Below, one piece after another: positions 37,901-51,919 of a stretch of 64,000 nt of DNA. Within the stretch, counting starts at the first letter, position 1. Every line of letters begins with the position of its first letter. The notes under the pieces are model-generated. The model was not told where the DNA came from, made no database searches, and saw only the letters and a list, made by a program, of their open reading frames with translations. Source of the DNA: Marsupella aquatica (taxonomy: Eukaryota > Plantae > Marchantiophyta); the NCBI GenBank assembly GCA_973895155.1, contig OZ316897.1, positions 21,489,455-21,553,454 on the forward strand. Reading direction: 5' to 3'. The position numbers and the translations under genes are program-made.

Positions 37901-39751
37901 TATAGAGACAAAACTGAAATGAGTATCATGGACAAAAACAAGGGAAAAAGGAACTGGAAATAACATAGAACCCTTTTTTTAAAGGATTTTACTTGTCTTT
38001 GTATCTAATTATGTTCAAAGAATGGGTGTTGTGTGTGATCTTGGGCCTGATGCAAAGCTACTCTCTAGACTGAAGCCTCTAGCCCATAACTCTCAATAAG
38101 GGACAAAAATGATTTGGGACAAATATGGAAAATTAGAAGCGACAAAGATGCAGGGAGACAAATAAATACATGGATGTGGTGAAAATAACAAAGAATCTGC
38201 ATAGAATGTTTTTTTTTTTCCAAAAATTATTCTTATCTTCATCTTTACTTGTGTTCAAGGATCAAAACAGGTAGTGGGGCTTGTTTTAGTACCTAAACAT
38301 AGCAGAAAATTTTCATAATGAGGTCTGGAGGCCTCCCCATCACCTGCGACAATTTTAGCCCTCGGACCCCCTAAAATGTAAGAAAAAGAACTTATTTTTT
38401 AACCATATAAATTTGGATATTCTTGGAATATTCAAATTTTGGATTAAAAAGTACCTTATTTTTATTCTAATAAATTTTTTAAGTTTTCTCTTAGAACTAA
38501 TAAAATAACTCTATCCTTCATCACAAGTGATGTGTCATTTTTGTGAAAATGAAACCCCCAAGAATTAGGTGACCCAAATCTTCTCTACTAATGCCCTATA
38601 TGACAAAGGTAATAAAACATCACCAAGGACATTACAATGAAAGGAGAATGATGCCAAGAGTATAATGCAATTGAGCTGGGTTGTGGCTCCCTAGAATGAT
38701 GCAAGAGTGTAACGCAATTGAGGAGTTGTTTGTGGCTCCCTAATCAAACGATGGCCATGAATTGTCCGACATTAATATAAGACCATGCCTCGTGGGCCTC
38801 ACACCAAGGGAGGTGCCATATCATGCGCGGAGTTTTCAAGTAATAAACACCCTAAAACTTAAGAAAATAAAGTAGATTTTTTTGATTCTCTAACCCCTAA
38901 CTTCTAGAAATATTCCCAAATTTGGTTTGAAAACTCCCCATAGTTCTTACAATTCTCCAAAGTGACTGTATTAGAACACCCCTATTTTTCTTCAACGATT
39001 GAATTAGAAAACCCATAACTCCTTTGCACACAATGGGTCGGAAAAAAGAAATGACGACCCCGGGGGCCATGCACGGATTGAAGCTGATCAGAAAATGGCC
39101 AGGAATCAGGCCTCACCCCACAACCCACCTTATGTATCTAGAAGCACTAGTTACACTACTTAGAAAAGACAACTCTAAAATTTGCTATTTGACCTTAAAA
39201 GTTTATCAATGGCCTTAGCTATCAACTAACTCCACATCTCTTACAAAACTTTCACATAGACATTTTGGCAAAGGTGATAAAGCTTTTCTGCAACTTCTGC
39301 AAAGGTTTTCAGTAAAGAACAAAGCTATTTGACAATCTTCAAGCAAGCATGAGAGGTTAGGGAATTATTAGTACCCAAAAGAGAAATTCAAGGCAAATGT
39401 TGTTACTAGATGGTATAAATATGGACCCCATGGGAAGTTCTTTCCAAAATTCCTGAATGCCCGTGCAGCCCTATCAGCATGATTGTCACAAACAAGAACT
39501 GTCTTATGATATGCCAAAAGAATCAAATTTGGCTATTCTTGTTTGAGACAAGGCAAAGAAAAACAATTAGACCCTGCCATTGTAAAAACAATAGAAAACT
39601 GGAAAGTAACATTTCAAGTAAATTAAGTGCCCAGAAAGGCATGACTTTGTGGTAGGGTCACTTGAATAGAGACTGATAGGTCTTGGGTTCAAGTGTTGTG
39701 GGCTGACTCTTCCCAACTATTGTGGCTTACTCTTCCCTTTCTGTGGGGTTT
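34918..39751 (+). repeat. Near-perfect tandem duplication of a ~2.41-kb non-coding unit (34918-37331 and 37337-39751)
   Basis: Offset 2419-2420 bp. Only three differences noticed: a G/A at ~35069, one T in a homopolymer, and a G/T at ~37193. Confidence 0.95.
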
Positions 39752-42039
39752 CACAGATCCCTTTAAGAAAAAAAAATTTTAAAATTAAACAAAGAAAATT
39801 TAATTAAACAAAGAAAAAGGTAAAATAGAGGTGAAAGAAAACAATTTTGGATGAGTTGTGATTGATATATCAGTGTTTTCTGGTAATCTATTTCAGTTTT
39901 CTATTAATTTACACAATTTTGAAAATAATGACAGTGGAAAGAAACTAACTCTTCAACTACTCTTACATTTATCAAGATAACATAAGACACCCAAGAAAGT
40001 TTTCGACTTCTCCAAAATTTACCAAGGTAACTTAAGAAACCCTTCGATTACTACGGATGGAGGAGTAACAAGCAAAGGTAAGAAACACCATAATTACTAT
40101 GCGTAGAGGAATACCAAGGGACTCTTAAAGCTTTCAACTACTATAGACAAAGTAATATTTTGCATGAACTACATGGAATGTTACATGTATTGTATATACA
40201 TAGATGTACTAAGGGAAATGTTTTGCATGGAGACTTACCCTCGGTATTATCATGAATGTACACTTATTTGTCTTCAATGAAATTGTCCCAGTTACCTTTA
40301 AAATTCCTTTCATTTAGGATCTTCCATTTAATCTTTGTCCTCTCATCTATCTATTCTAATGTGCAACTCTTCATGTCTCCAAATAGTTCAATATATAAAA
40401 CAAGCTTACATAACCATGCCAAGGGGTCCTAGCTTGAACTAATTAACACTCTATGGCTTGAAAGGTGCCCCAATTTCTTCAAAGCCTCTTCATTCTACTA
40501 GATTTCCCTTGTGCGGGCCCTTGTGTCTCATCCTCAATAGCGCCATGTGTCATCCAGGTATTCTTCTCCAGCAGACCAATAATCTCAACAAGAAATTTGC
40601 ACTTAGTTACCAACACCTGAGATACGCTTGCCCTCTACCATGGAACTTAGGGCCACTTAAAGCCATAATGCATGATGGCATACTGACTAGCAACCACGCT
40701 TTGTTGCCAGGCAGAAACTAGGATATGTAAGATCTGTCCCACCACCTTTTGGTGGTGCAGAGGTAGTAGATAACCCTCGAGTCCCAATGGATCTAACTGC
40801 CTTTGTATGTAGCACAAGAGTAATTAATTCTTCTCAATCTTCAATGCAGCAACTGGCATGCATGCTGGGTGCAAGAACCCTTTTAGTATATATGGCCAGA
40901 CTTATTACTCATCATAGGCCTATGCAGTGGGACAGCCACACCTCTGTGCACTGGATGTGGGATTGTATATAGAACACCCTGTTTGCATTGTGGGCTATAA
41001 TGCTCTAAAAAAGATGGCTTTAGCCTAGGAGGTTTTTATTGCCCATAATGCCCTGGTAACATGGGATACATTTTCCGTCCTATTGATTTAATTTGTGTTT
41101 GCCCATTCTCCTGCATGAAGACAGACCCAAATTTCAAGCTACTTCAAATTAATTTCTTCAAGAGACAAGCAAAGGCTGGACAAATGATGGGAGGGATCTT
41201 GGAGAAGTTTAAGAGTTACATACTAAGTGCCCTTGTAATTTTTTGCTTTCCAATTTCCAGGTCATTATTGGAGAAGAATGCATGGTCAAGATTTGAATCA
41301 GCAATCCAAAATGGTCAAGATTTGGATCCCACAATCTTGCCCACAATGCCCTGAAAATAGACTTTATTATATGCTTAATGCACTTGTAATTTTTCAGTTT
41401 GTATTTTTCAGTGCATTCTTGGAGGAGATTGCATGCCCTTCAAATTTACATCATCCTCAATAGTAAGTCTCATCTACTTTTACTAATATTAAAAATTAAA
41501 AGCTCTTGGGCCATCAAATGTATTAAAGTCTTACCAGACTATTGTAATAGCCCCTCAAAACTCGACCAAAATCTCTCTATTTTTCTGGGCCTTACGTCCC
41601 ACAATTTCATGCTTAGAGGGCATTATCAGATATAATGCCCCCAAAATGGTAGCTTCAGCTGGAGTTTTGAGGGGCTATTATTGCCCATAATGCTCCCAAA
41701 ACAGCCCTTACTAACTTCAGTAAAGATAGAGGAGAATCCCATGCACGGACGGGTCCATGCACGGTTGACCTTAATCTCCACTTATGATCTATCTTGTCCA
41801 AACACTATTGACCTAGGACTGTCTTGCATGTAAAAGTACTCAAAAAATTAACCCTCAAATTTCTCAAACATATCATCAAAAGCATAAATATTTTGCTTTT
41901 CCAGAGGATCTCTCTAACTGCTACCTGTGAGTTTCACATGCATAGTTTTCTTATGTCTAATTTTCACTATAGTTTTAGTATAATTTTTTGATTGTTATGA
42001 AATTCAAAGGTCGAGACACAAAGGACCGGAAACGTTTCA

Positions 42040-42580
42040 ACGCTTGCCCTTAGATTCCCTCAAATGCTTCAGTTATGCCTGCCTCAGGAGGTGGGTCAGA
42101 CATGAAGTGCTCTATCAGTGGTAAGTTGACACAATTGAGTGAAAGGGTGGGTGCTTTAAGGATAGTGTACATGCCAGATGGCCCTTAATCTGCACTAATG
42201 GTCCACAGGAATGTTGCAAACCTTGCCCTTGGATTCCCTCACATGCTTCAGTTAGGCCTGCCTCAGGAGGTGGGTCAGGCATGAAGTGCTCAATCAGTGA
42301 TAAGTTGACATGAGTGAAACTGCCGGTATCAGTTTTTAAGGACTGTCATGCAAGACAGCCCTTAATCTGCACTAATGGTCCACCCGCACTAATGATCCAC
42401 CCAAAACCTTGCAACCCTTGCCCTTAAATCCCCTCAATTGCTTGGGTTAGGCCTGTCTGAGGAGGTGGGTCAGGCATGAAGTGCTCCATCAGTGATAAAT
42501 TAACATGAGTGATTGAAGGGCCAGTTTTTTAAAGACAGTCTACTTGCAAGACATCCCTTAATCATCACTAATGGTCCGTC
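42040..42580 (+). repeat. Diverged ~180-195-bp tandem repeat, 3 copies
   Basis: CTTGCCCTT..CCCTCA..TGCTT...GGAGGTGGGTCAG.CATGAAGTGCTC at ~42043, ~42222 and ~42417. Confidence 0.85.
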
Positions 42581-43340
42581 CAGGGACCAGTTGATTGGGT
42601 TTCTTGCCTAAGGATTTGTCTCCCAATTGGGTGCTCTTTGTATTTTAGGGATTTGTCTCCCGTTTGGGTGCTCTGTGTTTTTTGGTAGTTTGATATTATC
42701 TATAACTATAATAAGGGATCCCACATTTTCAAGTCCTTCATCCCAATACAAAAAAGCTCATGGGCGAGAAAGATTCACATCCATCGGATTGCATAGGCTG
42801 TTTCCTTGACCATTGATGGAGAAAATATGCACACCATTGATGGAGGAAATGTGCACCCCTACACATATATGTTTCCACTGTCCCATAAATGACCCCACCC
42901 CTACTACCTATGGGCTGGCCCTCCTTGCACGTGCAAGGCTGGTTATTATATAAGTCCTCCACTCTTTTGAAGGGTTTTGTCTTTGTTTCTCTGGTGGTCT
43001 CCAGAAGCATCGAAGAAAGAACGCGCTACAGAAAGTTCACATGTCATAAATGGTCATTCCCCTCATCATTCCAGAGATTAGGGAGAATTTCCAGAGGCGC
43101 ACTCCACCTTTAGAGTAAGAGTCATCAGAGTCTCGAACGACAGCTTGTTGAACACGCGGGTAGACAAATTACGTGCAGAAGCAGCGACCGGACACATTGC
43201 AGTCCAGTGACATCGCCAGTGTTTGGCTTTCGGATTGCCGTCATTACAGAAACGAACGAGCGAAACTACGATTGAGGAGTTTGGAGAAATCAATTCGATC
43301 CACGAAGTAGAGAGAGAGGGCGAGAGGAGGAGGAGCGAAG

Positions 43341-43523
43341 ATGATCGAGGTGGTGCTGAACGACAGGCTGGGGAAGAAGGTGCGGGTCAAGTGCAACGAG
43401 GATGACACCATCGGGGACCTGAAGAAGCTCGTGGCCGCACAGACCGGCACCCGCCCGGAGAAGATCCGCATTCAGAAGTGGTACAACATCTACAAGGACC
43501 ACATCACCCTCGGGGATTACGAA

Positions 43524-43558
<35 letters not shown>

Positions 43559-43562
43559 TTAG
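43341..43562 (+). CDS. UBL5: Ubiquitin-like protein 5 (Hub1)
   Basis: 73-aa [19 protein letters not shown]...[10 protein letters not shown], the canonical UBL5 sequence; single exon. Confidence 0.98.
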
Positions 43563-44433
43563 CTCGGAAGATGTAGCAGCAAGAGGGAGCGCTGGCGGTG
43601 TGTAGCTCTCCGGAACCTGTCGGTTCGGTGTTGATGGAATTTTGGTTGACGTTAGGGCAAGTGGTACCCTAGTATGTTTCGTGCAACAATTTTCGGCGTC
43701 GTGTTGACAAATAGTTCGTGGGAATTGGTTGACATGGTTCTAGGTTTGGGTTTGGTACAAAGTTGTTCGGCTTTGGATTGAAGGATTTTTGTAGGAAGCT
43801 GTTCGGCTGCTTGTTGACAGTCGTACGTAAGTGCTGATGAGAAACTTTTGGAACTCGTAAAAGTCAGCTACTGATATACTAAAAAATCGTGTACAGAATT
43901 ATGTTTATTGTGAGGATGATCGAGACGTTTTGATTCGGCTTCGTTTCTTTCTACCTGCTTTTGTCGATCGATTCGGTGCTGGGTTCTTTGTCCCCTATTG
44001 TTCGAAGATGATGATCGATTCGGTGCTGGGTTCTTTGTCCCCTATTGTTTGAAGATGATTTCACTGCTTGTTTCCGTGTCTGTATGTCGAAATGAGATTT
44101 CCAGTTAGCGTTTGTTTCCCTCGACCTAAATTCTCCTCCGTTCCACTAGAATTCGTGAGATGGCCTGTCAGCCTTGCTGCTACCTAGCCAAGGGACCTGA
44201 GAGCACTGTCTTTGTTGGGTTCTGTGTTGGCAATCCTAGTGGGACAAGGTTTATTCGGGCCCTGTTAGCGGTCTTGTACATTTGTTGTTCAGGATTGGAA
44301 ACGCATTTGCTAAGCCGAAGATTCAGCCAGTGACTGCCAGAGCGACGAATGTTACATTTGGATCAGAGTTCAGGACAGGGAGATCCCCTGTTTCAAAACT
44401 TGGCCGTTACACCGCTCACCTGGATCTTGGAAT

Positions 44434-47400
44434 ATGAGGCGAACGAAGACTTTGAAGAAAAATGCCCTCGCAGTCTTGGATGTAAGTAAATTACGATATC
44501 TTCAATACTGAGAGCCATTTCCCGATTCCTTCGCTTTAGACTTCGCTTTGGACTACTCCATTTCTCCCCCATACTGGGTTGCCTCCCTTGTCGAATGAAC
44601 CCAATTGCAATCTCATAAAATCAACGTGATTCGCAGACCTCTCTGCTTCAAAAGCGCCATACATGTGTGATTGCAAGTACTGATCTATTTGAGTCACCAT
44701 AAATCTCGAAATAATGGCTCGGTTTGCAAAGATTGTGCATCGCTCGGAGCTATGTTTTCGCTGTTCCACTAATTCCGAAGGGTAACCTCTCCTACAGTAC
44801 CAACAAATAGGATAGGATGACAAATTAGATCTAAAGTTATGATTTTCTTGGTTGGATCTTTCATGACTTGGATGAACTTGGTCATCAGGCGGTTAGTCTT
44901 GCGGTTGCTTACCAAGACCATTTCGTCAGCTCTTCCTTGATGGACACCTTTCCAGGTTACGCTAGTGCACTTTCCAGAAGCGAATGCGATTGATTCTTCA
45001 AGAAGTCATTTAACTTGTGAAATTGGAAGGATTCTTATCAATTCGTATGCTAAAAACTCCTTTTGTCCTGTGAAGGGAGAATCCGTTATGGTCAGAGAAG
45101 AGCCAACAAGTTGACTCTAGGTATGCGACGTTTTAAAAGTAAATCTTCCTCGGGAGTGCACAATTACACACGAACTTTGCATGAATTCGGTGGACTTTGT
45201 TGTATACACTTCACTGCGTTCTGGGTTAGTGTAGGAACTACCACAAGGATTGTGACTCACTCTCACGCGAGTGTGGAACTTGTTCCCTCCCAAGAAAATC
45301 TGGATTCTTTCTCCGTATTAGAAATTTCATTAAGAAAAAAAGACCTTCACCATATTCAAATTCCCAACAAAGAAACCTGGCGGAAGCACGTCTGGAACTC
45401 TAGTAACTCTAATGACGGCACAGAAAACCTACATCAAACGATTCTTAATGGCAGCAAAATATGAGGAGCCATGTTCGTGGCGACTTCAAATAACCAAACT
45501 TAAAAGAATGGGTTCAACTTTATTCTGCAGCCCAGCATTGCGGCTTGGTGGACAAGCCCAAGCCGAAGCTCAGCGTAAGAGAGTGGGCAGATGTGAAAGA
45601 AAAGTCCAAGCTAAGACAAGACACTGCAGACCCTTGTCCAATATGCAAGGAGAAGTTTCTCATTAAGGAGAAGGTAACCGACCTTTCCTTTTTTCAATTT
45701 CCATGGCTTTCAGAGCGAACTAGCAAAGACGACCTACTCCATTCCTGTTTGCTGACACCTTTGAACTTTCAAGGTCAAAACTATTAACGGAAGCCATGAT
45801 GAAAACTCTTCTATTATAGGAAAACAGTGCCCTTGGAAACGTGTTTGAAAGCCTATCCCACTAAGAGCGTGAACTTTCCAGTTATAGACTGGATGTGTAT
45901 TTGAGGCATTGAGAAAACTTGTACTCTAAATGCTAGTCGTCATGTGCCCAAGAACATGTCAGCTAACTCAGATTTGTCTTGCAAGTTTCTGCAAACAAAT
46001 AGAGACATTGTGATGAGGCTCATGGATCATCTCGCCGTGACACTGACTCGAACATTACAGCATACAAAATTACATCGCACAATAGTTAGAACTCTGTTAC
46101 ATTTGTGGGAGCCAGACTAAAGCCAGCCAAGTTGAAAATAACATGCAGATGATGATAAGAAGATAATTAGCAAGCATTCTTGTCCTCTTTTCATTTCGCA
46201 GGTGATATTGAGCTGTTCTCACATCTTCCACAAGGTAAATGCTCCAAATCTTACCTAAGTTGCAACCTTTTAAGACAGATGTTGAAAGTACGAACCTAAT
46301 TTTCCTGACCTTGCCATCAGTAAAGTAAAACCAGAATGGTTCCCAAGCACTTGGTTTGATGAAGACTTACTTATCGAAGAGTACCCGCTCTTTTTGCCAA
46401 GACGTTGTTCTACAGAAATGCCTGGCCAGTTTTGAGAAGTATTCGCAATTGCAATGTTGCCCGGTGTGCCGGACAACTAACTACGAGAAACTGTCACTGA
46501 AAAGTTCATCTGCCCGATTCAAGCACATGTGCGCTACAAGGTGATCACACCTTGTCCACCATCGCCATCCCTCTGAAGCTTCCTCTCTTTCTCTTCTGTT
46601 TTAATTATCGAATATTTAACTACGAGCAATACACCTCAACATTGAGGAACGAAAGAGATCACTTTCTGAGCAACCCTTCTAAGGTTCCTTGTCTTGTTTT
46701 TATGGTACCTGGAGTGTAAGTTGTTCGGCTGATGAAATCAGGATTCAAGCAACATACAGAGGATACACTGCGAGGAAAATTTACTGGAAAAAAGTGAAGC
46801 GCCCCAAAGATCCTGAGAAATGTAGGAAATGGTTTGCATGCAGGGTAAGTTCTAGGTTCCGAGCTTCTATGTGTAGCAACAACAGTCGTTACTCACACCA
46901 GTGTCAAACAGTTTCCCACCTCTGATGTTTCACTACGAATTTAATGTGTTATTTCATTAGACTTTCTCGCAAAACAGGGGCCTTCATTCGTCTGTAACAC
47001 ACTCACAACAAAATACGATATTTTGGGCTCAGTTGGAGTCTGCAGCCAGCAATTTGTTGCTCCAGATAGCAGTTAATGAGAGTGAAGTGGACGCTCTGTG
47101 CAAAGAAGCAGACACCGCAATTGCTGATTCAAAGAAAGTGTGTGAGGAAGTCGGCACACGAATTCAAAAGAGGGGAGATAGTTCTCAATTCGCGCGTGAC
47201 TATGTAAACGTAGATCAACCTTTTAGTCACGGAGGACCCTTTACTGATTGGCATAATGTGGTTGAGAAGGTATCTTTTGTTTTTTTATATTTTGTTTTTG
47301 GTTACAATCGACACTAACATATTATACAATAATCTACCAAATTGGGTGCTTAAAAAGGACAAGGTTTCTTGATTTTGTGGATTTTGACCAGGAGAAACAA

Positions 47401-47801
47401 TAGATAAAATATTCTGCTAGTACACTCTTGCTGAATGGCAGACATACGATGAATACTTGCGTTCCAATGTTATTACAGTTTCGTAAGTACCACTACTATG
47501 GAAAGTCCTCACATAAAAGCTACTTTCAGGCGAAGTATTTATCTTATATAGGTTCGCCTAAACTGAATTGATTCAGGCATTGGAAAGAGGCGACACAGAA
47601 TGTCCAATATGCATCGAAGCGTTGCATCGAAGAGGAGTTTCTCAATCAAGCTTGGCATGGCTGAGTTGCACTCATATTTTCCATGTCGAATGCATTCTCA
47701 CTTTTGAGAAATTTCATACTTCCAGTGAAGATAGCTCGAAACTTGGTCTGAAGCCGTTTTGTCCAATCTGCAGGTCATCCTACGAACGTTTAATCATGTG
47801 A
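44434..47801 (+). CDS. RNF32: RNF32-like RING-IQ-RING E3 ligase, ~9 exons
   Basis: Exons approx. 44434-44481, 44889-44955, 45076-45120, 45531-45673, 46202-46234, 46416-46540, 46742-46844, 47033-47269 and 47577-47801. They give AVAYQDH, KLTLAQHCGLV..W, CPICKE..LSCSHIFHKKCL.SFEK..CPVCR, IQ motif RIQATYRGY and a second RING. Confidence 0.85.
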
Positions 47802-49396
47802 TCCTTTGTTTGACAGGTAAAGGTACGCACATTAATCCTAGAGTACAACTGTTTGACATATACCTTACATTTCTTAGGAAGTCTTACCTTCAGAAATATT
47901 AGAAAGCCCGACTATAGATTCATAAAGCCCGACTGTATATTCAGAAAGTCTGGTATTAGATACCTGGCCATGATGTAGATGTTGAAGTATAGTGAGAGTG
48001 CCAGGGTTTACCATCAAGATAAACCTAAAAAATGATGTCCACCCAATTGAAATTTAAGACATTTTACGCAAACAGCGAGCGTTTACTAGAATCTGGTTTA
48101 CTCTTCTTGTTTACACAGTTGTGATACTGTACTTCTGGCATTTGTATCCGATATTTTTCATCGTTCTGTTGACGCGAGCCGGGCCCAACTAGGGATCCGA
48201 GTAGTGCTGTCCCTGTAATATCAAGCAAATAACATTGCCCACTCAGTGACGAAGTTTTCTCAGGACGACGTGGCTCAGGTGCGGACAGTAATTTCATGTC
48301 AGAAATAACGGATTCCCTGCACCTCTGCACCTCCCCTTTTGAAGATATGCATCGCCTCTTCCAGGAAAGTAAAATCAGGGGCACTTAAAATTTAGGGGTA
48401 TTGTGCGTCGGTGGTCAAGGTCGACAGATTCCGAGGGATTCGAGGACTCCAGAGTAGGTACAGTTCAATTCAATAAACTGCTGAGTAAACTCGAATTAGT
48501 GGCCGATATTCTTAGTTTGGACCGTCATCAATTCAGTTGGCTATTGTCAATTTTACAGACCCATTAAATATCCGTAAGTGAGACCGGTGGCTATAAGCAA
48601 CATTCTTAGTTAGCTGACTAGAGGAGAAAAGTGCGATTCCAACCACCCTGTCATGCAAGCGAAGACAATCCTTCCGAGCTACGTCTGTCTGCCTGGTTGC
48701 AGTAGAGTTTCGGGTTCCGGGACGATTGAAAAAAATTATGAATCTCCAAAGTGCTGTCTGAGCGTTAGTCTTAAATTAATAACTCAGTAGCAAATGGAGG
48801 TAGGATTCCTTCCCCGTCAAAACATGTTGATCAAAAGTCGTTTATTGAGAAGCACTCACAATTCTCACCAACAATTGAAAATCCACACAAATGAGGCAAA
48901 GAGGGACACATTGCTGCGAGAAATCTGTGCGAAACCATAAAAAGTTGCCTGAGCACCGAAACGAACTGTTATCGTATTTACAGTATAAGCAGAAAGTAAA
49001 CTAATGAGCAATCCAAATTTCAAAATCGTAGGTTGATAAAGTAAAGAATGAGCTGGTCATGGGACCAAAAGAGGTGGCGGTCAAATAGCTTGGCCCCCAG
49101 TAACATCCTAGCTGTATCTGATACACTCCTTGTTACCAAACCAGGCTGTGCAGCACTTTACCTCGTCAGGCTGCATGCTTGCACTGTACAATTGCCTCTA
49201 GTCTTTACGCTTGAACAACCGGACCGCATTTGATTGAAGTCTCCAGTTGTCCCTCATTACATGCAATGTGTCCGACGAATGAATGGTCTTACAGGGTCAA
49301 ATCACTGGTTTGGTAGCTAGAAATCATAGAGTGAATTCTAGTTGGAGTTTCTCAGCTTCAATATGCTAAAAACTGGATGGCTTCTATCGGTTGACA

Positions 49397-51323
49397 CTAC
49401 ACAAAATGAGCAAGTGCCCTTTCCCGATCATTATCGTACATAGCCAGGGCCCCAGTAACCGACGTTGAAGGAAAGCCCATCTCTCTCAGTAAATTGTATG
49501 ATGAAACAAAATCCAGTACCTGCCAGAGGAGAGACAAAGTCATATTCCCAGCGGCAATCTATAGCAAAGTAAGAATCAGTGGTTCTAAATGGACAAAGCA
49601 GGAGCTAGTTGAGAAGATCACGGATTCGGTACTGAAACAGATGTAACAAAGCAAAAGCTTCTACAAGACAAGCTGCCGTGACTTGGCCAATTAAGTGTTT
49701 GAGATGGAACCTTGCTATGGACGTCCCCGAAAGTCGCCACTCCCATTACCACTGCTTCCCTGTTGAGACCCATTGCTACATATTTAGCAACAATTTGGTC
49801 ATCCCCACTCCCCTGCAAAACGTGATGCAATTCAAGTTCAGTGCCAGAGTAGGAAAGGATGACACCTACTTGAAAAAAGCCCAGTCACATATATGGCAAA
49901 TTCTGTGATGAGTTTGAAAATAACGCATAGTCTTCTAACATGCAGTAACAAAAAAATTTAAAAATAGCTGATTTGGGGTGGAACTATGTACAAAAGATGC
50001 TCACCGGAGCTGCATTAGCTTCACCATTTGCTCGTACTGAATCCCAGCCTTGAGATTCTCTATCAAACTCAGCCAAAATCTTCCTCTCCAGCTCGAAGTC
50101 GAAATTGAACAAACTTCTAGGTACATCAGCATTTTGTGGCACAATCAATTGCACCTGCATCGAAGTTTTAACGTCAAGAGACATGATAATGATGGTGGTG
50201 ATGTTCGGGTATTCGTGCCGGAAGAATGTCTAAACGACGCCAACTGGCCGGCAACTCGGCTGGCAAAGATCAAAGCAAAAGTGACAGGACCTAATGCACA
50301 TAGCGCGTGAAAGTTCGAAGTTTAGAAAATCAAATTAGGTGAACTCAATCATAAAGTGCACATAGAGAAATCTCTAACTCAAAACTAGAAGCAATTGCTC
50401 AAGCGTACGTACTGCAGGTGCAACTCGATACTCTGGTTTGATGGCAACCCTGATGCCCGTTCCAGCTGCAAAACATAGAATCGGTACCCACTATGAGTAC
50501 CAATTATGTAAGAGAAAAGAATTGGGAGTGATCGCACAGTTGCTGCATCAGCAGAGATGGGTTTATCAGAAATCTCTTGCTGGCACTCAGCACCTTTCTC
50601 ATTTGAACAGAGAGAAAGTGGGAGAGGGACGGGGACGCCTCTGTACATACATACAACATTTTTCTTTAAAGGACGAAAGCATTCGTGGGCACTGTCTACA
50701 GCTCAGACCATTACACAAAGGAAAACTTTGGGTCACAGTTGCCCTAATTGAACGAATCGCTCAGTGATGCATTCACAACCTATCTCGGGGTGATAAACTG
50801 GACATGACTCGACCCTCCTGATCCATTTAAGGTGATAAACTCGGAATGAACTCGACCCTCCTGGTCAATTTGCGTTCAAGGAAATCCCGTACGTTCACAT
50901 GCAAGGCTCCAATTCCCTTTGAACAAAATACAGAACTTCCCATTTATGACATAGAGTACCATGTAGCAGTTGATGTGCAAGTTAGACAGGAAAGGAATCG
51001 CTGATTCTAAACGATGAAAAAAACTGTCCTCGCCAACAAGCAGACATGAACAAATTGACGGTGTATCTTTCGACAAACGATATGACCCGTACTTTTTAGC
51101 AGGCTCACTTACATGTGGGTGAAGAGTGCGAAACAGGAGAAGGCAGCCGATTCGTCGCAGGCCCAACGGGTTGCGCAATTTTAGGGTAGAATTGGGACGA
51201 ATTGCTTCCGGCGCGATCATAGCGTGGCCCATACATAGGCTTTGGCGTTTCGTAGCCTGTGAGGATCGGCCCTCCACCAGGCCTCTGCGAACCCCCTCCC
51301 GCCTTCCTGAAATCATAATCCAT
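49397..51323 (-). CDS. UBA-domain protein of the plant UBAP1-like family (ESCRT-I associated), 5 exons
   Basis: MDYDFRK start (ATG 51323), IRVAIKPEYRV, PRSLFNFDFELERKILAE, V.KYVAMGLNREAV, and C-terminal LREMGFPS..V.GALAMYDNDRERAL. Confidence 0.85.
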
Positions 51324-51349
51324 TTCTTTTACCTCCCCTCCAATTCCCT

Positions 51350-51423
51350 CCTCTTCTCTTCTCTTCTCTTCTCTTCTCTTCTCTTCTCTTCTCTTCTCTT
51401 CTCTTCTCTTCTCTTCTCTTCTC
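51350..51423. repeat. (CTCTT)n microsatellite
   Basis: Direct reading; lies in the 5' region of the UBA gene. Confidence 0.95.
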
Positions 51424-51587
51424 TGCTCTGCTCTGCTCAACCTGTTTGTGTGAAACTTGCAATCCAAAACGGATTTTGTCTCTCCGTCAAGAGCTATTCA
51501 ATTCAGTATGCTTTTTCTCGTAATATGGTAATCGAGTAAATTTTCCAAACCATATACAAAGGTGCGATCCAAGGCGTGCAATTCAAA

Positions 51588-51636
51588 CCTCTCCTCTCCT
51601 CTCCTCTCCTCTCCTCTCCTCTCCTCTCCTCTCCTC
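51588..51636. repeat. (CTCCT)n microsatellite
   Basis: Direct reading. Confidence 0.95.
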
Positions 51637-51878
51637 CGTTTCGTCACCTGTCTACACTAGTGCGTTCCTCTCCTCCTGCAGCAGAAGATCGATCCCGCAA
51701 GCACTACTTCGTGTGAGCGCCAAGTCAGAATTAAGTAGTACTCCAGACTTCGTTTCGGCCCCTTGATCGGTTCTCTGCTTCGTTTTCCTTGTCTACAACA
51801 ACAGAGCGCCCTCTTCGCCGGCCGAAGGTCGATTCGAAGCACTCCTCTGTTCAGCAGCAATTGAGAATTAAGATCTTC

Positions 51879-51882
<4 letters not shown>

Positions 51883-51917
<35 letters not shown>
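51883..51917. repeat. (CT)n microsatellite
   Basis: Direct reading. Confidence 0.95.

Positions 51918-51919
<2 letters not shown>

Noticed and set aside
34918-39753. 2.4-kb direct repeats as an LTR pair (TG at 34921, CA at 39753)
   Set aside because: No internal region, PBS or PPT; flanks CGTTA and CAGAT are not a TSD; copy 1 does not end in CA.
51324-51467. EEKRR-repeat N-terminus of ORF 51105-51467
   Set aside because: It is a translation of the (CTCTT)n microsatellite; the likely true start is MDYDF at 51323.
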